DNA of 64,000 bases from Bacilli bacterium (GCA_900767825.1 CAAGAN010000006.1:3952-67951); one strand, 5' to 3'. Positions 35,138 through 45,115 are shown, counted from the stretch's first letter. Numbers and translations: made by a program. Notes: generated from the sequence alone by a model not told the origin.

Positions 35138-36516
35138 AATTTCTTTTTCCTGTTATTAAATAAAGAAACTGCTAAAGGGGATATCTTTCTAATATAGAAT
35201 GATTCATAGCTAGATAATTTGACTTCTCCAGGCTTATTTCCTTTTCTTATGTCTTTCCTTTTGCAATATATGACTTCCCCAAAATCTAATTTAGAAGAAA
35301 GAAGGCTAAGCTCGCAGGCAAGTTCAATTTCTTGCTTGCTAGGATTCTCCTTTTCTAGAATTAGATGTGACCCATGGTTATCTTTAACATGGAAAAAACC
35401 ATATTCTTTATTCGGACAATATACGAAAGTCAAAAAATCATTGCTAGAAGCATTATGTCCAAATGCATATCTAGTCCCCTCGTGTTCAACTATATATGGA
35501 TATTTTGAGCTAGGGAGTTCAATCTTATTGTCTTTTTTCTTTAGATCGAGGCTAGAGAAATAGGTAGCTAATCTAGACGCGGATAAAGAAGAAATAAAAG
35601 TAATTAGATTAGTAATTTCTTCTAATTCGGCTTGAGTCTTTTCTAGATTCTCTTTTCCTTTATTTATCTTTTCTTTGCTTTTCTTGCTAGAAGAAAAATA
35701 ATATTCGGCATTTCTAGCCAAAGATAATTTCTTATCTAGCTTTATTTTCTTTCCATAATAATCAAATTCGCCTGAGTCTAGGTTTATATTATCCATATTC
35801 ATGAATATGTAATTCCCGATTTCGGCATCATTAATATGCTTATTCCCATCTTCTATATCTTTATTAATCGCGATTAGTTTTCTTTCTAATGATTTTTTCT
35901 TGGATTTAATTTGCTTGATGTAGGGCGAATATTTATTTAACAATTTCCTTTCTTCTTCCTTTGATTCATTATCCAAGCGGAAAGAAAAGAATGAATCTAT
36001 ATCAAAATCCTTTTTATCCTTAATATCCATTGCATTATCTGGAGGATTATATAAAGCGCCTCTAGTCAATATCCTTTTACTTTCTAAAGTCGAAGGATTT
36101 AAGACCATGATAATATGCTTATCTTTATCTAGGATAAGGAAATTCGGTTTAGTAGGAATTAATTCGGCGATTAAATAATAGGTTATTTTTTGATATATGG
36201 AGTCAATGGTTTCGATTTCAAAGCTTATGATTCGGTCATTATTTACTTGAGTTATATTTCTAATAATCCCATCAGAAATATTCTTCCTTAGGAAAAAGAA
36301 AATCGAAGAAGTAGAAGGGACATTTATTAATTTAGAATCCCCAATATAGATAGATGGGTTAGATCCATCAAAAGAGAATACAAGTCTATCTTTCCCTTTT
36401 AGGTAATAAGAAAAAGTCTTATCAGAGGCGATAGATAACCTAAATAATTTGGTTTCTTTTAACCTCGAATTTAATTTAGTTACATAGGAAGAGAATTCAT
36501 CTAGACGTGGATACAT
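35134..36516 (-). CDS. rqcH: NFACT-family (RqcH/FbpA-like) ribosome-quality-control protein, short form
   Basis: NFACT-N-like N-terminus, central coiled coil, and NFACT-R block FFHVKDNHGSHLILEKE. Confidence 0.65.
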   Translation of the reverse strand: MYPRLDEFSSYVTKLNSRLKETKLFRLSIASDKTFSYYLKGKDRLVFSFDGSNPSIYIGDSKLINVPSTSSIFFFLRKNISDGIIRNITQVNNDRIISFEIETIDSIYQKITYYLIAELIPTKPNFLILDKDKHIIMVLNPSTLESKRILTRGALYNPPDNAMDIKDKKDFDIDSFFSFRLDNESKEEERKLLNKYSPYIKQIKSKKKSLERKLIAINKDIEDGNKHINDAEIGNYIFMNMDNINLDSGEFDYYGKKIKLDKKLSLARNAEYYFSSSKKSKEKINKGKENLEKTQAELEEITNLITFISSLSASRLATYFSSLDLKKKDNKIELPSSKYPYIVEHEGTRYAFGHNASSNDFLTFVYCPNKEYGFFHVKDNHGSHLILEKENPSKQEIELACELSLLSSKLDFGEVIYCKRKDIRKGNKPGEVKLSSYESFYIRKISPLAVSLFNNRKKKL

Positions 36517-36656
36517 GGGTTAAGTATATCATTTTGGATTGTCTTATAAATCAATAGAAAACAAAAAATACCTGCTTTTTTATAGTAAAAATTAACCATA
36601 TATAGCCCTAGTCTAGTTGATTTAGCCATTTTAGGTTGCTAATATTTACCTATTAT

Positions 36657-37229
36657 ATGAAAAAAGGCTTGCTATTTATCTTATCTGGTCCATCTGGAGT
36701 CGGAAAAGGGACAATTAGGAAAGAACTTATGAAAGATAAGTCTCTTAATCTTTATTATAGCGTCTCCATGACTACTAGGCCAATTAGACCACATGAAGAA
36801 GAAGGCAAGGACTATTATTTTGTTAGCAAAGAAGAATTCCAAAGGAACCTAGATAATGATAACCTTCTTGAACACGCTACTTTTGTTGGGAATAGCTATG
36901 GCACCCCTAAGGATAAAGTCGAGCAACAATTAGAAGAAGGGAAGAATGTCCTTCTTGAAATTGATGTACAGGGTACCTTAAAAGTATTAGAAAAAGTAAA
37001 AGACTGCGTTTCTATTTTCCTTTTGCCTCCTTCTTTTAAATCTTTAGAAGAAAGAATAAAAGGCAGATCAACTGAAACTGAAGAAGTAATAAAGAAAAGG
37101 TTAGCAAAGGCAAAAGGGGAAATGGAGCTAGCCCATTACTATAAATACCAAGTACTTAATGATGAAGTTTCTAGGGCTACAAATGAAATTTTATCCATTA
37201 TGAAAAAAGAAATGGAATTAAAGGCATAA
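36657..37229 (+). CDS. gmk: Guanylate kinase
   Basis: LSGPSGVGKGT, TTRPIRPHEEEGKDYYFVS. Confidence 0.9.
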   Translation: MKKGLLFILSGPSGVGKGTIRKELMKDKSLNLYYSVSMTTRPIRPHEEEGKDYYFVSKEEFQRNLDNDNLLEHATFVGNSYGTPKDKVEQQLEEGKNVLLEIDVQGTLKVLEKVKDCVSIFLLPPSFKSLEERIKGRSTETEEVIKKRLAKAKGEMELAHYYKYQVLNDEVSRATNEILSIMKKEMELKA

Positions 37230-37259
37230 CGCCTTTTTTTCTTATGTTATAATTTTTAT

Positions 37260-39458
37260 ATGCAAGTCATTTCTGTTTTTATCGAACATTCAATATTCGC
37301 TTTGTCGAAGACTTTCGATTACCTTGCTTCTTCTTCGCTAAACATCAAGCCCCTTTCTAGGGTTTTAGTTAGATTTGGCAAGCAAGAAAAGACAGTTGGA
37401 TTCGTAATGAGTGTTTCTTCTACCTCTTTAACTAAAGAAGAACTAGATAACCAAACAGGTATTAATCATTCCTATATTATTGAATTAATTGACAAGGAAC
37501 CTTTAATTGACGAAAATCTTCTTGAATTAGCAAAGAAGGCATCTACATATTATCTATGTCCGTTGATTAGCATTTTGAAGGCTATGTTACCTTCGTCTTT
37601 AAAACCATCCTATTCTGCCTTAAAAGGTCCAAAGATTGCCTATGATAAATATGTTTATATTGCTAAAGATGATGAAACGGACTTAACCCCAAAGCAAATC
37701 GAAGCTTTTAGATTAGTAAAAGAAAATGTGGAAGTATTAAAAAAAGAAGCAGGTTCAGTTTCTATAGTTAATGCCCTTATTGGAAAAGGAATATTTGCGA
37801 CTAAATTAAAAGAAAAAAATAGACTTAAATTAGATGAAATTAAATCTACCCTCCCCCCGATTTTGAACTATGAGCAAAAAGAGGCAATGGAAGGGATTTA
37901 TAATTCCCCTAAACCCATTAATCTATTACAGGGGGTCACTGGTTCAGGAAAAACAGAGGTTTATCTTCAACTCTCTTCTTTATATCTAAAAGAAGGCAAG
38001 GGAGTAATTATGTTAGTCCCTGAAATATCTTTAACCCCTAGAATGGTTAATTTCTTTAAATCTAGGTTCGGGGATGGGGTTGCTATTCTCCATAGCGGAC
38101 TAACAAACGGAGAGAAATATGATGAATATAGAAGGATCAAAAATGGGGAGGCTAATATAGTAGTAGGTGCTAGAAGTGCGATTTTCGCTCCAATAAAAAA
38201 CCTTGGGCTAATCATATTAGATGAAGAACATGTTTCTTCCTATAAGCAAGATACACCCCCTTATTATTCTGCTAGAACCATTGCCTTAATTAGGGCTAGG
38301 CTAGAGAATGCAAAAGTAGTATTAGGAAGCGCTACCCCAAATATAGAAACAAAAGCCAAAGCCGAAAAAGGCACATATGGGTATTTCGAATTAAAGAAAA
38401 GATATAACGAGCTCCCTCTCCCTAAGGTTTCTATTATTGATTTATCTAGAAAAGGAGCCCTAGTTCCTAATGCCCCAATATTTTCAAAAGATTTGCTAGA
38501 AAAGATAAAACAAAGAGTAGCTAACAAAGAGCAAATAATGCTTCTAATTAACAAACGGGGTTATTCTTCTTATTTGACTTGTGCTAGTTGCGGACATGTT
38601 TTTACTTGTCCAAATTGCAACTGTAATTTGACTTACCATAAGACTGATTCAATGCTTAAATGCCATCATTGCGGCTTTGTTCTTCCTTATCCAGAAACTT
38701 GTCCAGTATGTAATTCCCCTAAAATAAGAAGAGTTGGCTTTGGAACTGAAAGAGTAGAAAAAGTACTAAAGGAAAATATTCCTGAAATTAGAATTGCTAG
38801 ATTAGATACCGATATTACTAAAATAAGAAATAACCTAAACAAGACATTGGAAAGTTTTAAGCAAGGGGAATTTGATTGTCTAGTCGGAACCCAAATGATT
38901 GCAAAAGGCCATGATTTCCCTAATGTTACTTTAGTTGGAGTCATGTTGGCGGATATTGGTTTATCTTTGCCTAGCTATACTTCTAGCGAAGATTGCTTTA
39001 ATCTTATCGCCCAGGTTTGCGGCAGGGCTGGAAGAGGAGAAAAAGTAGGGGAAGCAGTCATCCAAACATATAATCCAACAAATTATGCGATTAATTTAGG
39101 TTGCAAGCAGGATTATTATTTTTTTTACCGTAAGGAAATGGAAGCAAGGCGAATTGGGAAATATCCTCCATATTGCCATCTTATCTGCCTTATCTTTTCT
39201 TCAAAAGATGAAGAGAAACTAAATATGTCGGTTAGGCAAGTAAAACAATCAATTGATGATAAAAAGTTTGATTCGGTGGTTACTATTGGACCTTTAATCC
39301 CATTTATAAATAGAAATGGTGATATCTATAAAAAGGAACTTTTGATTAAATTTGGAAAGTCCGATGAGATAAAAAAATATATCTATGACCTTCTTTTACT
39401 ATTATCTGGAAAGGGTGGAGTAAAGATTTCTAGCGACGTCGATCCGATTTCCTATTGA
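37260..39458 (+). CDS. priA: Primosomal protein N' (replication restart helicase)
   Basis: GVTGSGKTEVY, LDEEH and a Cys-rich zinc region CASCGHVFTCPNCNCNL..CHHCG..CPVCNS. Confidence 0.9.
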   Translation: MQVISVFIEHSIFALSKTFDYLASSSLNIKPLSRVLVRFGKQEKTVGFVMSVSSTSLTKEELDNQTGINHSYIIELIDKEPLIDENLLELAKKASTYYLCPLISILKAMLPSSLKPSYSALKGPKIAYDKYVYIAKDDETDLTPKQIEAFRLVKENVEVLKKEAGSVSIVNALIGKGIFATKLKEKNRLKLDEIKSTLPPILNYEQKEAMEGIYNSPKPINLLQGVTGSGKTEVYLQLSSLYLKEGKGVIMLVPEISLTPRMVNFFKSRFGDGVAILHSGLTNGEKYDEYRRIKNGEANIVVGARSAIFAPIKNLGLIILDEEHVSSYKQDTPPYYSARTIALIRARLENAKVVLGSATPNIETKAKAEKGTYGYFELKKRYNELPLPKVSIIDLSRKGALVPNAPIFSKDLLEKIKQRVANKEQIMLLINKRGYSSYLTCASCGHVFTCPNCNCNLTYHKTDSMLKCHHCGFVLPYPETCPVCNSPKIRRVGFGTERVEKVLKENIPEIRIARLDTDITKIRNNLNKTLESFKQGEFDCLVGTQMIAKGHDFPNVTLVGVMLADIGLSLPSYTSSEDCFNLIAQVCGRAGRGEKVGEAVIQTYNPTNYAINLGCKQDYYFFYRKEMEARRIGKYPPYCHLICLIFSSKDEEKLNMSVRQVKQSIDDKKFDSVVTIGPLIPFINRNGDIYKKELLIKFGKSDEIKKYIYDLLLLLSGKGGVKISSDVDPISY

Positions 39459-39508
39459 TGGATAAGCGATATTTGAAAAAATAATTAGCGTCTTCTCTTT
39501 TTAACTTT

Positions 39509-39544
39509 CATATGGCAATGAAAATTTCCATATGCTATCATATG
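39509..39544. promoter_or_regulatory. Candidate operator: three CATATG palindromes (CATATGG-N12-CCATATG plus a third) upstream of the MNT gene
   Basis: CATATG at 39509, 39529 and 39539, within 60 nt of the ATG at 39565. Confidence 0.35.
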
Positions 39545-39564
39545 TTTGCCAGGAGAACTAATAC

Positions 39565-40020
39565 ATGCCTTTTAATCAAAAAGAATATGTCGGAAATTAT
39601 AATAAAAACAATTATAAAATGTTTCCTTTTCGCGTGCGCAAAGATGATAAAAGAGTAATCGATAAATTAGCAAATGTTCCCAGTATGAATAAATATATTT
39701 ATTCTTTAATCGACAATGATATCAATCCAAGTATTTTAACCATTAAACAAATTAAAGATAAAATTTTACCTATTTTATCAAAGCACAACATCCGTGAAGT
39801 TTATTTGTTTGGCAGTTATGCAAGAGGCGAAGCAAAGAATACAAGCGATATCGATATTTATTGTGAGCCCGGTGAAATTAAAACATTCATTGATCAAGGC
39901 TTTTTGGAAGATGAATTAGTGGAAGCCCTCGGAAAAGAAGTTGATATTATTTTTATAGGTTCTAGAATGGATGACTTTTTTAGAAAGCAACTGGAAGGAG
40001 ACAAGATTAGATTATGTTAA
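39565..40020 (+). CDS. MNT-type nucleotidyltransferase antitoxin with an N-terminal RHH-like extension
   Basis: LFGSYARGEAKNTSDIDIY (GSx10DxD). N-terminal ~55 aa MFPFRVRKDDKRVIDKLANVPSMNKYIYSLI looks strand-helix-helix. AGGAG RBS. Confidence 0.8.
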   Translation: MPFNQKEYVGNYNKNNYKMFPFRVRKDDKRVIDKLANVPSMNKYIYSLIDNDINPSILTIKQIKDKILPILSKHNIREVYLFGSYARGEAKNTSDIDIYCEPGEIKTFIDQGFLEDELVEALGKEVDIIFIGSRMDDFFRKQLEGDKIRLC

Positions 40021-40358
40021 CAATTAAAGAACAAGGCTTGTTGATGAGCATTATTAAGCATTGCAAAAAAATAAATGAAAAAATGAATGGTCTAACAAGA
40101 GAACAATTTGATAATGATGAAGATGTTTTTCAAATAATTTGTTTTAATCTTCTTCAAATTGGAGAACTTGCAAAGAGCTTCGAGCCAACTTTTATTGCAA
40201 AATATAATGGTGCTCCGTGGCGACAAATTAAAGGAATGAGAGACAAAGTGGCTCATGCATATGGCGCAATTGACATGGATAGGGTTTGGGATACTGCTTT
40301 AAATGACATTAATCCGTTAATGGGCTATTGCAGAAAAATTCTAAATGATAATCAATAA
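40014..40358 (+). CDS. hepT: HepT/DUF86 HEPN-domain RNase toxin
   Basis: Rx4H motif RDKVAH (R76..H81, nt 40239-40256). 7-nt overlap (ATGTTAA) with the MNT gene. Confidence 0.8.
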   Translation: MLTIKEQGLLMSIIKHCKKINEKMNGLTREQFDNDEDVFQIICFNLLQIGELAKSFEPTFIAKYNGAPWRQIKGMRDKVAHAYGAIDMDRVWDTALNDINPLMGYCRKILNDNQ

Positions 40359-40546
40359 AATTGTGTTATCGTAGTTCATAACCGTTATTTAAGTTGGTAA
40401 ACAGGATAGAAAAGGCCTGAACACTGCCAAAATCCAATTTTAGCTTGAAATTTAAAGATAATTAAAGACAGAAAGACCAATTTTTAAATAACCTTATACC
40501 ATTAAACCCAATTCTAGTGTTATACTTATCTTCCGTAGGAAGAATT

Positions 40547-41101
40547 ATGATTACAATTAGTTTTCTTGGTTTAGATCAATTTGTCGTAGGCCATTACTCA
40601 AAAGACCATACGAAAGCCCTAGCTAGCTTATTCGAGACTAGTGAGGACGACATTAATTTTTATGCACCTAATTCAATGGTTTTCCATAATGGTGCCGAAC
40701 AAACTAGCTGGAATTTGATAGTCGTTGTAAAAGCCCCAATCAAATTCAAGCCACTAGAAAAGAATGTTGCCAAATACTTATTAGACACCCTTTCTTTATT
40801 TTCAATCAATATCGAATTGGAATTTGAATATTATGATTCAAGTTCGCGTTACGAAAAGATAAACAAGGATTATCCTCGCTACATCAAAGAAGAAAACATC
40901 AAGGAAGTAGATGTTACCTTCGACCATGATGAAGATAATTGCGAGGACGAGGAATGCTCTTGCCATCATCATGATGAAAATGAGCCAAATCCATCAGATA
41001 GGGCCGATTTAGATTATGATGACCCTAACCAAATCTATCTGGGCAATGCCTTTGAAGGATTTGAAGAAAAACTAGAAAAAGCAAAGAAAGAGAATAAATA
41101 A
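40547..41101 (+). CDS. Hypothetical protein (DUF1904-like N-terminus, tentative) with an acidic Cys/His-rich tail
   Basis: The ATG at 40547 follows AGGAAG. Tail is DHDEDNCEDEECSCHHHDENEP. Confidence 0.55.
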   Translation: MITISFLGLDQFVVGHYSKDHTKALASLFETSEDDINFYAPNSMVFHNGAEQTSWNLIVVVKAPIKFKPLEKNVAKYLLDTLSLFSINIELEFEYYDSSSRYEKINKDYPRYIKEENIKEVDVTFDHDEDNCEDEECSCHHHDENEPNPSDRADLDYDDPNQIYLGNAFEGFEEKLEKAKKENK

Positions 41102-41114
41102 GCAAGGAGAAGAT

Positions 41115-42440
41115 ATGAAACAACTAGATATTGCCTCAATGATTCTAAATGACATCTTGGATAACCATACCCGTTTCCCTGATGCTTTAAAGAAAGTATT
41201 CCAATCTTCAGTCGAACTTCGCCCTCTTAGAGGAGATGTTGCTGGACTTATTGGATGCGAACTTAGACATGATTTGCTTTTTGCTGAATTGCTTAAGGGC
41301 ATCGATGGATTAGACGAAAAAGATAAACGCATTGTTTCTTTAGGGCTTGCTAATGTCTATTTCTACCGTCATTTCTCTTTAGAAGAAATCTCTAATGCCG
41401 TTAAGGGCAGGTTAGGAGAAGAAAAATATAATCTAGTCAGTTCTCTATTTGTTGAAAAAGAGCCTGGCACTGATTTAGTTCCTGATTCAGTTGATAAGAA
41501 ATCATTAACCTATCTCTCACTTCGCTACAATATTCCTGAATGGGCCTTAAAGATTTTCCATCATTTCAATTATTCGATTTGCTTTAAGTCCGCAAAAAGA
41601 TATGCCCGCCCATTCGTTACAACCTTACGTCTAAAAGATGAAAGTTTATATGAAGGTTATAAGGCTTCTATTGATTTTGCCGAGACTAAGATTCCATATA
41701 TCTTTGCCTATAAGGGAAAGACCCCATTAAGGAAGATTGAAGATCTAAAGAATGGCAAATTATTTGAAGAACGTCCTGGAGTAAAAGACATAATTGACCA
41801 AACTTTAATCAGCGCTCCATGCGAAGCCCTTTTATATACCGGTAGCCAAAAAACCGGCTTTGAAAAAGAATTAATCCAAACATATAAAAATACCATTGGA
41901 TTAAATATCGGCACCAAGGATTTAGATGCCAAAGTCGATGTTGTCAGGGAATTAAAGCAATCTGGATTAAAGAATGTAAATCTATATGAAGCCAAAGATC
42001 CTTTATCAATGGATGCTGCAATTTCTTCTCAACAAGATTTAGTTATCTGCTGCCCAGATTCTACCAATTTCGACGCAATTTCCGTCTCTCCTGATTTCTT
42101 TATCCAATTCGATAGAGACAGAATGGATGAAATAATGCAAGGGGAGAAAGATGCCCTTGAAGGATGCAGCAAATTTGTGGAAGTCGGTGGCAAACTTGTC
42201 TATTGCGTATTTACTCTTTCAGTCAAAGAAGGAAGAGGTACAGTTACATCTTTCTTAAAGAACCATCCTGAATTTGAATTAATCAAAGATAAGCAACACT
42301 TCCCTTTTGAAGAAGCTGGATGCACCTATTATTATGCGATTATGGAAAGAAAAGAGGATGAACTAGCTTTGTCTACTCCAATAAGCTCTTTGCAGCAAAC
42401 TTCATTAGCCTCTTCTTCCTCCGTTAGCTTTGGTAAATAG
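41115..42440 (+). CDS. RsmB/NOP2-like protein with apparently degenerate SAM-binding and catalytic-Cys motifs
   Basis: NusB-like N-terminus and the syntenic position of rsmB. However LLYTGSQKTG replaces DxCAAPGGKT, ICCPDSTNF replaces DAPCSGTG, and LVYCVFTLS replaces LVYSTCS. Confidence 0.6.
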   Translation: MKQLDIASMILNDILDNHTRFPDALKKVFQSSVELRPLRGDVAGLIGCELRHDLLFAELLKGIDGLDEKDKRIVSLGLANVYFYRHFSLEEISNAVKGRLGEEKYNLVSSLFVEKEPGTDLVPDSVDKKSLTYLSLRYNIPEWALKIFHHFNYSICFKSAKRYARPFVTTLRLKDESLYEGYKASIDFAETKIPYIFAYKGKTPLRKIEDLKNGKLFEERPGVKDIIDQTLISAPCEALLYTGSQKTGFEKELIQTYKNTIGLNIGTKDLDAKVDVVRELKQSGLKNVNLYEAKDPLSMDAAISSQQDLVICCPDSTNFDAISVSPDFFIQFDRDRMDEIMQGEKDALEGCSKFVEVGGKLVYCVFTLSVKEGRGTVTSFLKNHPEFELIKDKQHFPFEEAGCTYYYAIMERKEDELALSTPISSLQQTSLASSSSVSFGK

Positions 42441-42442
42441 AA

Positions 42443-43492
42443 ATGAAAAAGAATCTCCTTGGCTATACATTGGATAGAATGGTAGAGGAGTTCGTTGCAT
42501 TAGGAGAAAGCAAATATAGAGCCAAACAGGTTTTTTCTTGGATATATAAGAAACGTGTTCTTGATTTTTCCTTAATGAGCGACGTCTCTAAGTCTTTTCG
42601 TGCTAAATTAGAAAGTGATTATTGCCTTACTTTACCTAAGATACATACTCGTCTAGATTCAAAAGACGGGACTATTAAATTGCTTCTAGAAATGGAAGAT
42701 GGTTCCAAAGTAGAAGCCGTCATGATGCCTTATGATTATGGGTGCCCAATTTGTGTTTCTAGCGAAGTAGGTTGCTCGATGGGCTGCGCTTTCTGCGCCT
42801 CTGGATTATTAAAGAAGAAACGCGGGTTAGAAACTTCTGAAATGGTTGGAGAATTAATGCTTATCAACCAGATATTAGAAGAAAAAGGAGAATCAGTAAC
42901 CCATATTAATGTCATGGGTACGGGTGAACCTTTTGATAATTTCGATAACGTCATGGATTTTATCCGTATTGCTAATAATCCATTTGGGTTAGGGATAGGC
43001 GCTAGACATATCACCGTCTCTACATGTGGCCTTCCAAGAGGAATAATCGAATATGGCAAATTAGGGATACAAACCAATTTGGCCTTATCTTTGCATGCTC
43101 CAAATGATGAAATAAGAAATAAGATCATGCCTATTTCCAAAGCCTATGATTTGGATACGGTTTTCAAAGCCTTAGAAGAATATTATGCGACTAGTGGAAG
43201 ACGTATAACTCTAGAATACATCATGCTAAAAGGATTAAATGATTCTAGGGAAAACGCAAAAGAATTAGCAGCCTTAATCCATAAATACAAGGTTTTATGT
43301 TATGTAAACTTAATCCCATATAACGAAGTCAAGGAAATGCCTTTTAGGCGTAGCGAGATGACTACTTGCCGCAATTTTGTCACTACCTTGATGCAAAATG
43401 GGATTAATGCGACTATAAGGAAAGAATTCGGCGGAGATATTGATGCAGCCTGTGGCCAACTTAGGGTCAAGGTTGAGAAGAATAGGGGATAA
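42443..43492 (+). CDS. rlmN: 23S rRNA/tRNA A2503 C2-methyltransferase (radical SAM)
   Basis: YRAKQVFSWIY, CSMGCAFCASG, and a C-terminal Cys in DIDAACGQL. Confidence 0.9.
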   Translation: MKKNLLGYTLDRMVEEFVALGESKYRAKQVFSWIYKKRVLDFSLMSDVSKSFRAKLESDYCLTLPKIHTRLDSKDGTIKLLLEMEDGSKVEAVMMPYDYGCPICVSSEVGCSMGCAFCASGLLKKKRGLETSEMVGELMLINQILEEKGESVTHINVMGTGEPFDNFDNVMDFIRIANNPFGLGIGARHITVSTCGLPRGIIEYGKLGIQTNLALSLHAPNDEIRNKIMPISKAYDLDTVFKALEEYYATSGRRITLEYIMLKGLNDSRENAKELAALIHKYKVLCYVNLIPYNEVKEMPFRRSEMTTCRNFVTTLMQNGINATIRKEFGGDIDAACGQLRVKVEKNRG

Positions 43493-43497
43493 AAAGA

Positions 43498-44250
43498 ATG
43501 AAACGCTACAAGGGAGTATATGCTTTTAAAACTGATATTGGCAGGGTCAGGATCTCTAATGAGGATCAAGCCCTAGTTTTAACTAATTCCCTTGGTGAAG
43601 TCTTACTTGCCGTCTGCGATGGGATGGGTGGCCAAAATAAAGGGGATTGCGCCTCTAAGTTAGCCATTGGCTACCTTCGCGATGCCTTTTTGGAAAAGAA
43701 GACATCTTTCTCTACTTTCTTAAATAGAAGATGGCTAGCTAAGGCAATTAAAGGTGCGAATGCCTTGGTATTTAAAGAAGCTTCTAGCAATCCTAGGTAT
43801 AAAGATATGGGTACTACCATGGTCACCATTCTTTTAAGCGGGGATAAGATGTATCTAGGCAATATTGGAGACTCTAGATGCTATAGCTTGTATAACGGCA
43901 AGCTTAATTTATTAAGTGAAGACCAGACTTATGTAGATTATCTATATAGGACTGGGAAGATTAGCAAAGAAGCAACTGCTTCTAGGGAAGATAGGCATGT
44001 ATTGATGAATGCCTTGGGAGTTTTCCCTTCGGCTTCTTTTGATTTAAAAGTATCTATGTATAATGGCGAATCCATCCTTCTTTGTAGCGATGGTCTCTAT
44101 AATAATCTCCCTGATATCGAAATTAGGGCTATCATGTCTACAAATGACTCTCCTAGCGAGAAAGTCGATTCTTTTATTAATGAGGCTAATGGTAATGGGG
44201 GTAGCGATAATATAGCAGTCGCCTATTGGGAGGCCTTGAATAATGATTAA
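43498..44250 (+). CDS. prpC: PP2C-family Ser/Thr phosphatase
   Basis: NEDQ, AVCDGMGG, CSDGL, GGSDNIA. Confidence 0.85.
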   Translation: MKRYKGVYAFKTDIGRVRISNEDQALVLTNSLGEVLLAVCDGMGGQNKGDCASKLAIGYLRDAFLEKKTSFSTFLNRRWLAKAIKGANALVFKEASSNPRYKDMGTTMVTILLSGDKMYLGNIGDSRCYSLYNGKLNLLSEDQTYVDYLYRTGKISKEATASREDRHVLMNALGVFPSASFDLKVSMYNGESILLCSDGLYNNLPDIEIRAIMSTNDSPSEKVDSFINEANGNGGSDNIAVAYWEALNND

Positions 44251-45115
44251 AATCGGGGACAAAATAGACGATAGATATAGAATTGTTTCCCGTATTGCAA
44301 CCGGAGGTATGGCAGACGTCTATGAGGCCAATGACCTTATTTCGCGTCGCATTGTCTCTATCAAGGTTATGAAGGAGGAACTTTTAAAAGATCCTATAAA
44401 TTTGGCTAGATTCAATAATGAAACAGCCTCTGCCGCAAGTTTAAATCACCCAAATATTGTTAAAGTATATGGTAGAGGGATAATCGAGGGCAGACCATAT
44501 ATGGCTAATGAATATGTTAAAGGCCAAACCTTGCGTGATAAGCTTAATTTCTCTTTATCCTTACCTCTATCTGATGCCTGCGAAGTCATGCTTCAATTAA
44601 CTTCTGCGATTGATTACATCCATAAACACGGGATAATCCACCGCGATATAAAGCCAGATAATCTTTTCTATATGTCAGATGGAACGATTAAGATTAGTGA
44701 TTTTGGTATCGCTACTCCAATCGGAACTAGATTTAATGGAGATTCAATACAGGGAACAATTTATTATTGTGCTCCAGAAGTTTTGACTGGTGAACCAGCT
44801 TCGATTGCTAATGATATATATTCGATGGGAATAGTATTTTTTGAGACTTTAACTGGACAGGTTCCTTTTGACGGGGCTAGTTTAGAAGATGTTGCATTAA
44901 AGCAAATAAAGAAACGCTTCCCTGAACCATCTAAGATAATCCCAACTATCCCAAAGCAAATCGACAAGATAATAATTACCGCTTGCAGGAAACGCCCAGA
45001 AGAAAGATATCCTACAGCAGAAGCGATGCATCAAGCTTTGGTAAATGCGATTTCTGATAAAGATAATTTCTCCGAAAGAAAGGGTATCCTATCTAGGATA
45101 TTTGGTTTCAAATGA
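44243..45115 (+). CDS. prkC: Hanks-type Ser/Thr kinase, catalytic domain only (no TM or PASTA)
   Basis: GGMADVYEA...SIKV, HRDIKPDN, DFG, APE. The protein ends ~20 aa after the kinase domain. Confidence 0.8.
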   Translation: MIKIGDKIDDRYRIVSRIATGGMADVYEANDLISRRIVSIKVMKEELLKDPINLARFNNETASAASLNHPNIVKVYGRGIIEGRPYMANEYVKGQTLRDKLNFSLSLPLSDACEVMLQLTSAIDYIHKHGIIHRDIKPDNLFYMSDGTIKISDFGIATPIGTRFNGDSIQGTIYYCAPEVLTGEPASIANDIYSMGIVFFETLTGQVPFDGASLEDVALKQIKKRFPEPSKIIPTIPKQIDKIIITACRKRPEERYPTAEAMHQALVNAISDKDNFSERKGILSRIFGFK

